From Pseudobdellovibrionaceae bacterium (GTDB lineage: Bacteria; Bdellovibrionota; Bdellovibrionia; Bdellovibrionales; Bdellovibrionaceae), in assembly GCA_041288045.1 (NCBI GenBank), contig JBGGMM010000053.1, forward strand, positions 1 to 18,874: a stretch of 18,874 nt of DNA, in the 5' to 3' direction. Made by a program: the position numbers and the translations under genes. Shown one piece after another: positions 16,490-18,874 of the stretch. The notes under the pieces are model-generated. The model was not told where the DNA came from. It saw only the letters and a program-made list of their open reading frames with translations, and made no database searches. Position 1 is the stretch's first letter. Each line of letters opens with the position of its first letter.

Positions 16490-17323
16490 TTACCAGAAAT
16501 CTTCGAGAGAAAGACGCCCTTTAAAGAAAACTGTCAGCCCAATCACTAGAAAGAGCACGGCAGCACCAACGCCGACCATATTGCGGGCTGATTGCGTGAA
16601 AAGACCAATCAAAATCAAAAGAAAACTCAAAGCCACTGGAGAGACTTTGCGGACTCGGGGCCAGTTGACTTTGCTCAACATGATTTGAGTTTTCTGGTAC
16701 CAATTCTGCTGCTCCGCCCGACCCTTGAGGTTTTTCAGGACGACCTGATGAAACATTTTCTGTGCAAGATCGTCCTGAGGCTGAGCTTCTTTCAAAGACT
16801 GGTATTTCTTCAAGGCATAGGGAAGAGCTTGCAGATCTTCACAGCGATGCACAAACGCCAAGTGCTTTTTCATATTGTCATAATCACTCAAAAGATCCTG
16901 CCAGGCCTTCACCAAGCTTGGAATCGCACCCAAGGCCGCATCGGTGGCTGGTAAATTTTCAACTCGCTCAAAAATCACTCCGCACTTGAGGCATTCTTTG
17001 CTCAATCGAGGATTCAAGGATTGGCATTTGGGACATTTCTTCAACTCAGGAACAGCTTCCTGGTCGACGGAATCCGCCAGTTGAAAAGTGTCTTTCTGGG
17101 AAACCACTCGAGTTTCAATTTTATTCACGTTCTCTGGCGGAAAATCAAAACTGAATCTTGTTTTACAAGCGGTGCAGTCGAAATAGGGACTGGAGCTTTT
17201 GATTTCGCGGGAATCAATGCGGAATAGTTTGTTGCACGACGGACACCGAACGTTGAAATGGGCCAGAGTGTTTGCTCCGATCACCATTTTCTCAAATTGT
17301 TGGTCATTCTGTCGTTGATCCAT
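16490..17323 (-). CDS. Hypothetical membrane protein with two zinc ribbons (first is MJ0042-finger-like)
   Basis: CPSC-x20-CTAC and CPKC-x10-CLKC, helical middle region, two C-terminal hydrophobic helices. Confidence 0.8.
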   Translation of the reverse strand: MDQRQNDQQFEKMVIGANTLAHFNVRCPSCNKLFRIDSREIKSSSPYFDCTACKTRFSFDFPPENVNKIETRVVSQKDTFQLADSVDQEAVPELKKCPKCQSLNPRLSKECLKCGVIFERVENLPATDAALGAIPSLVKAWQDLLSDYDNMKKHLAFVHRCEDLQALPYALKKYQSLKEAQPQDDLAQKMFHQVVLKNLKGRAEQQNWYQKTQIMLSKVNWPRVRKVSPVALSFLLILIGLFTQSARNMVGVGAAVLFLVIGLTVFFKGRLSLEDFW

Positions 17324-17362
17324 TTTTGTTCCATCACTCTTTTTTCAGTGCTAATTTCTTTA

Positions 17363-18874
17363 ATGATGAGTCGAATCCTTCAATTTTTCAAGCTCTATCG
17401 AACTGCTGGCCTGTGGGGACTTTTTTCCGGCGTTTTGGTGGGAACCTCGTGGATCCCGTTTTCGCCATGGGCTTTGTTCTTTTGCTATGTTCCTCTTTGG
17501 TATTTCACTCTGAAAAAAGCCAACTCTCCGAAGGAAATTTTATTTGCTGGCTGGGTGGCTCAATTCGTTCTCACGCTGATTGGCTTTCATTGGCTCATCT
17601 ACACAGCTCATGAGTACGGCTACATGCCTTGGGCTTTTTCGTTTTTCATCCTTCTCGTCTTTGCTGCCGGAATGCACATTTATGTCCCCTTGGCTCTTTT
17701 GGGAGCAGTGGCTTTGGGCAAAAAATTTTCTCTTTCCAAAGGTGCCATGCTGTTGCTTTTTGCGGGCCTCATGAGTCTGCTGGAGCAGAATTGGCCCAGC
17801 ATTTTTGCCTGGAATTTGGGCTATCCGCTGATTTGGGTGCAGTCGCCTCTGGCCCAGTGGGCGGACGTTGTGGGCTTTGCCGGCCTCAGTTTTGGAATCT
17901 ATTTGATCAATGCCCTGGTCACTTGGCTTTTGCTGCGAAGAGAGCGGCTTTTGACTCTTGGATCCTTGTTGGTGATGGGTGGCCTGCTGGCACTTTTGGT
18001 TTGGGGCGGTCAGCAGAAAAAATTGAAATGGTCCAAAACGGATTCGGAGCTCAAAGTTCTTTTGGTTCAGGCCAATATTGGCAATGCCGAAAAAATTTTT
18101 GCAGAACAGGGCCGCGGCTATCAGCAATCGATCATCAATCAATTTTTTGAGCTGACTCAGCAGGGTTTGCGGGCCCATCCTGAAGCCCAATTGATCGTTT
18201 GGCCCGAGAGCGCTTTTCCGGATATTTTGGATGATTTTGCAATGGGTCGTAATTACCCCGCGCAGTTTCGTTATTTTGTGCAAAGCATCAAAAAGCCGAT
18301 TTTAACTGGGGCTTATTCTAAAGATCCACCCGGTAAGCCCTTTCGCGATGATTACAATTCTGTTTTTTTAATGGATGAAAACGGCCGGCTTTTGAGTGAA
18401 CCCTACCATAAAACTCAGCTTTTGATTTTTGGCGAATACATTCCTTTTGGCCGCGAATTTCCCCTTTTGGCTAAGCTGAACCCCGGCGGAATCGGATGGG
18501 GACGAGGTCAAGGCCCTATGGTTATGCCCTTTGGCGAAGATAAAATCGGAGTGCAAATCTGCTATGAAAGCTTGGACCCCCACTTTTCTGCGGAATTGGC
18601 CAAAAAGGGTGCGACTCTTTTGGTGAATGTCACAAATGATTCTTGGTTTGGTCCCAGCTTTGAGCCCCAACAGCATCTTTTTATGACTCTGGCCCGAGCT
18701 GTGGAAACTCGGCGTCCTTTGATTCGTTCCACAAACACTGGAGTCAGTTCAGTGATTCTTGCAGATGGGACTGTGCTTGAGCGCTCTCCGCTTTTTGAAA
18801 AATGGCAAGGGCAATATGATGTTAAATTTCAGAAAAATCCAGAGCTCAGTTTTCACAGCCGCTTTGGGTCTTGG
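17363..18874 (+). CDS. lnt: Apolipoprotein N-acyltransferase, 3'-truncated by the window
   Basis: Not in ORF track (no stop within window). Manual translation: MMSRILQFFKLYRTAGLWGLFSGVLVGTSWIPF... multiple TMs, then VQANIG, LIVWPESAFP (Glu), YHKTQLLIFGEYIPFG (Lys), QICYES (Cys), VNVTNDSWFG, RAVETRRPLIRSTNTG. Confidence 0.95.
   Translation, partial: MMSRILQFFKLYRTAGLWGLFSGVLVGTSWIPFSPWALFFCYVPLWYFTLKKANSPKEILFAGWVAQFVLTLIGFHWLIYTAHEYGYMPWAFSFFILLVFAAGMHIYVPLALLGAVALGKKFSLSKGAMLLLFAGLMSLLEQNWPSIFAWNLGYPLIWVQSPLAQWADVVGFAGLSFGIYLINALVTWLLLRRERLLTLGSLLVMGGLLALLVWGGQQKKLKWSKTDSELKVLLVQANIGNAEKIFAEQGRGYQQSIINQFFELTQQGLRAHPEAQLIVWPESAFPDILDDFAMGRNYPAQFRYFVQSIKKPILTGAYSKDPPGKPFRDDYNSVFLMDENGRLLSEPYHKTQLLIFGEYIPFGREFPLLAKLNPGGIGWGRGQGPMVMPFGEDKIGVQICYESLDPHFSAELAKKGATLLVNVTNDSWFGPSFEPQQHLFMTLARAVETRRPLIRSTNTGVSSVILADGTVLERSPLFEKWQGQYDVKFQKNPELSFHSRFGSW

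Noticed and set aside
17331..17354. CIRCE-like sequence CCATCACTC-N6-CAGTGCTAA
   Set aside because: Spacer is 6 rather than 9, the left arm is poor, and it is not upstream of a chaperone gene.
17272..18676. ORFs 17272..17613, 17540..18283, 17629..18150 and 18368..18676
   Set aside because: All are alternative-frame or antisense to the continuous lnt frame starting at 17363.

Overview
A gene-dense bacterial chromosomal segment. Gene content and order point to a Bdellovibrionota (Bdellovibrio-like predator); this is inferred, not searched. Minus strand, in transcription order: type IVa pilin (pilA), a PilG/XapA-like TPR protein, dnaJ, dnaK (no grpE), a terminator, then a four-gene envelope module (LolA-like protein, outer-membrane beta-barrel, LolD/MacB-type ATPase, FtsX/LolE-type permease). 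Below that lie three ~45-bp units with a palindromic 21-bp core, an AT-rich spacer, and the first 39 codons of a gene missed by the ORF track, resembling the multicopy DUF222-like/HNH proteins of Bdellovibrionota/Myxococcota. Plus strand: clpS-clpA, htpX, an Slt70-type lytic transglycosylase and an S8 subtilase. These are followed by a convergent double-zinc-ribbon membrane protein and a partial lnt, also missed by the ORF track. Regulatory signals are unusually legible: a perfect sigma28 promoter for pilA, a sigma54 promoter with candidate enhancer and IHF sites for the protease, RpoH-like promoters for dnaJ/dnaK/htpX, a recurring GTYTCA-N3-TGARAY palindrome, and several apparently leaderless genes. 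The best candidate for an undescribed system is the left-end palindromic mini-array plus putative HNH-family gene, which the window truncates.
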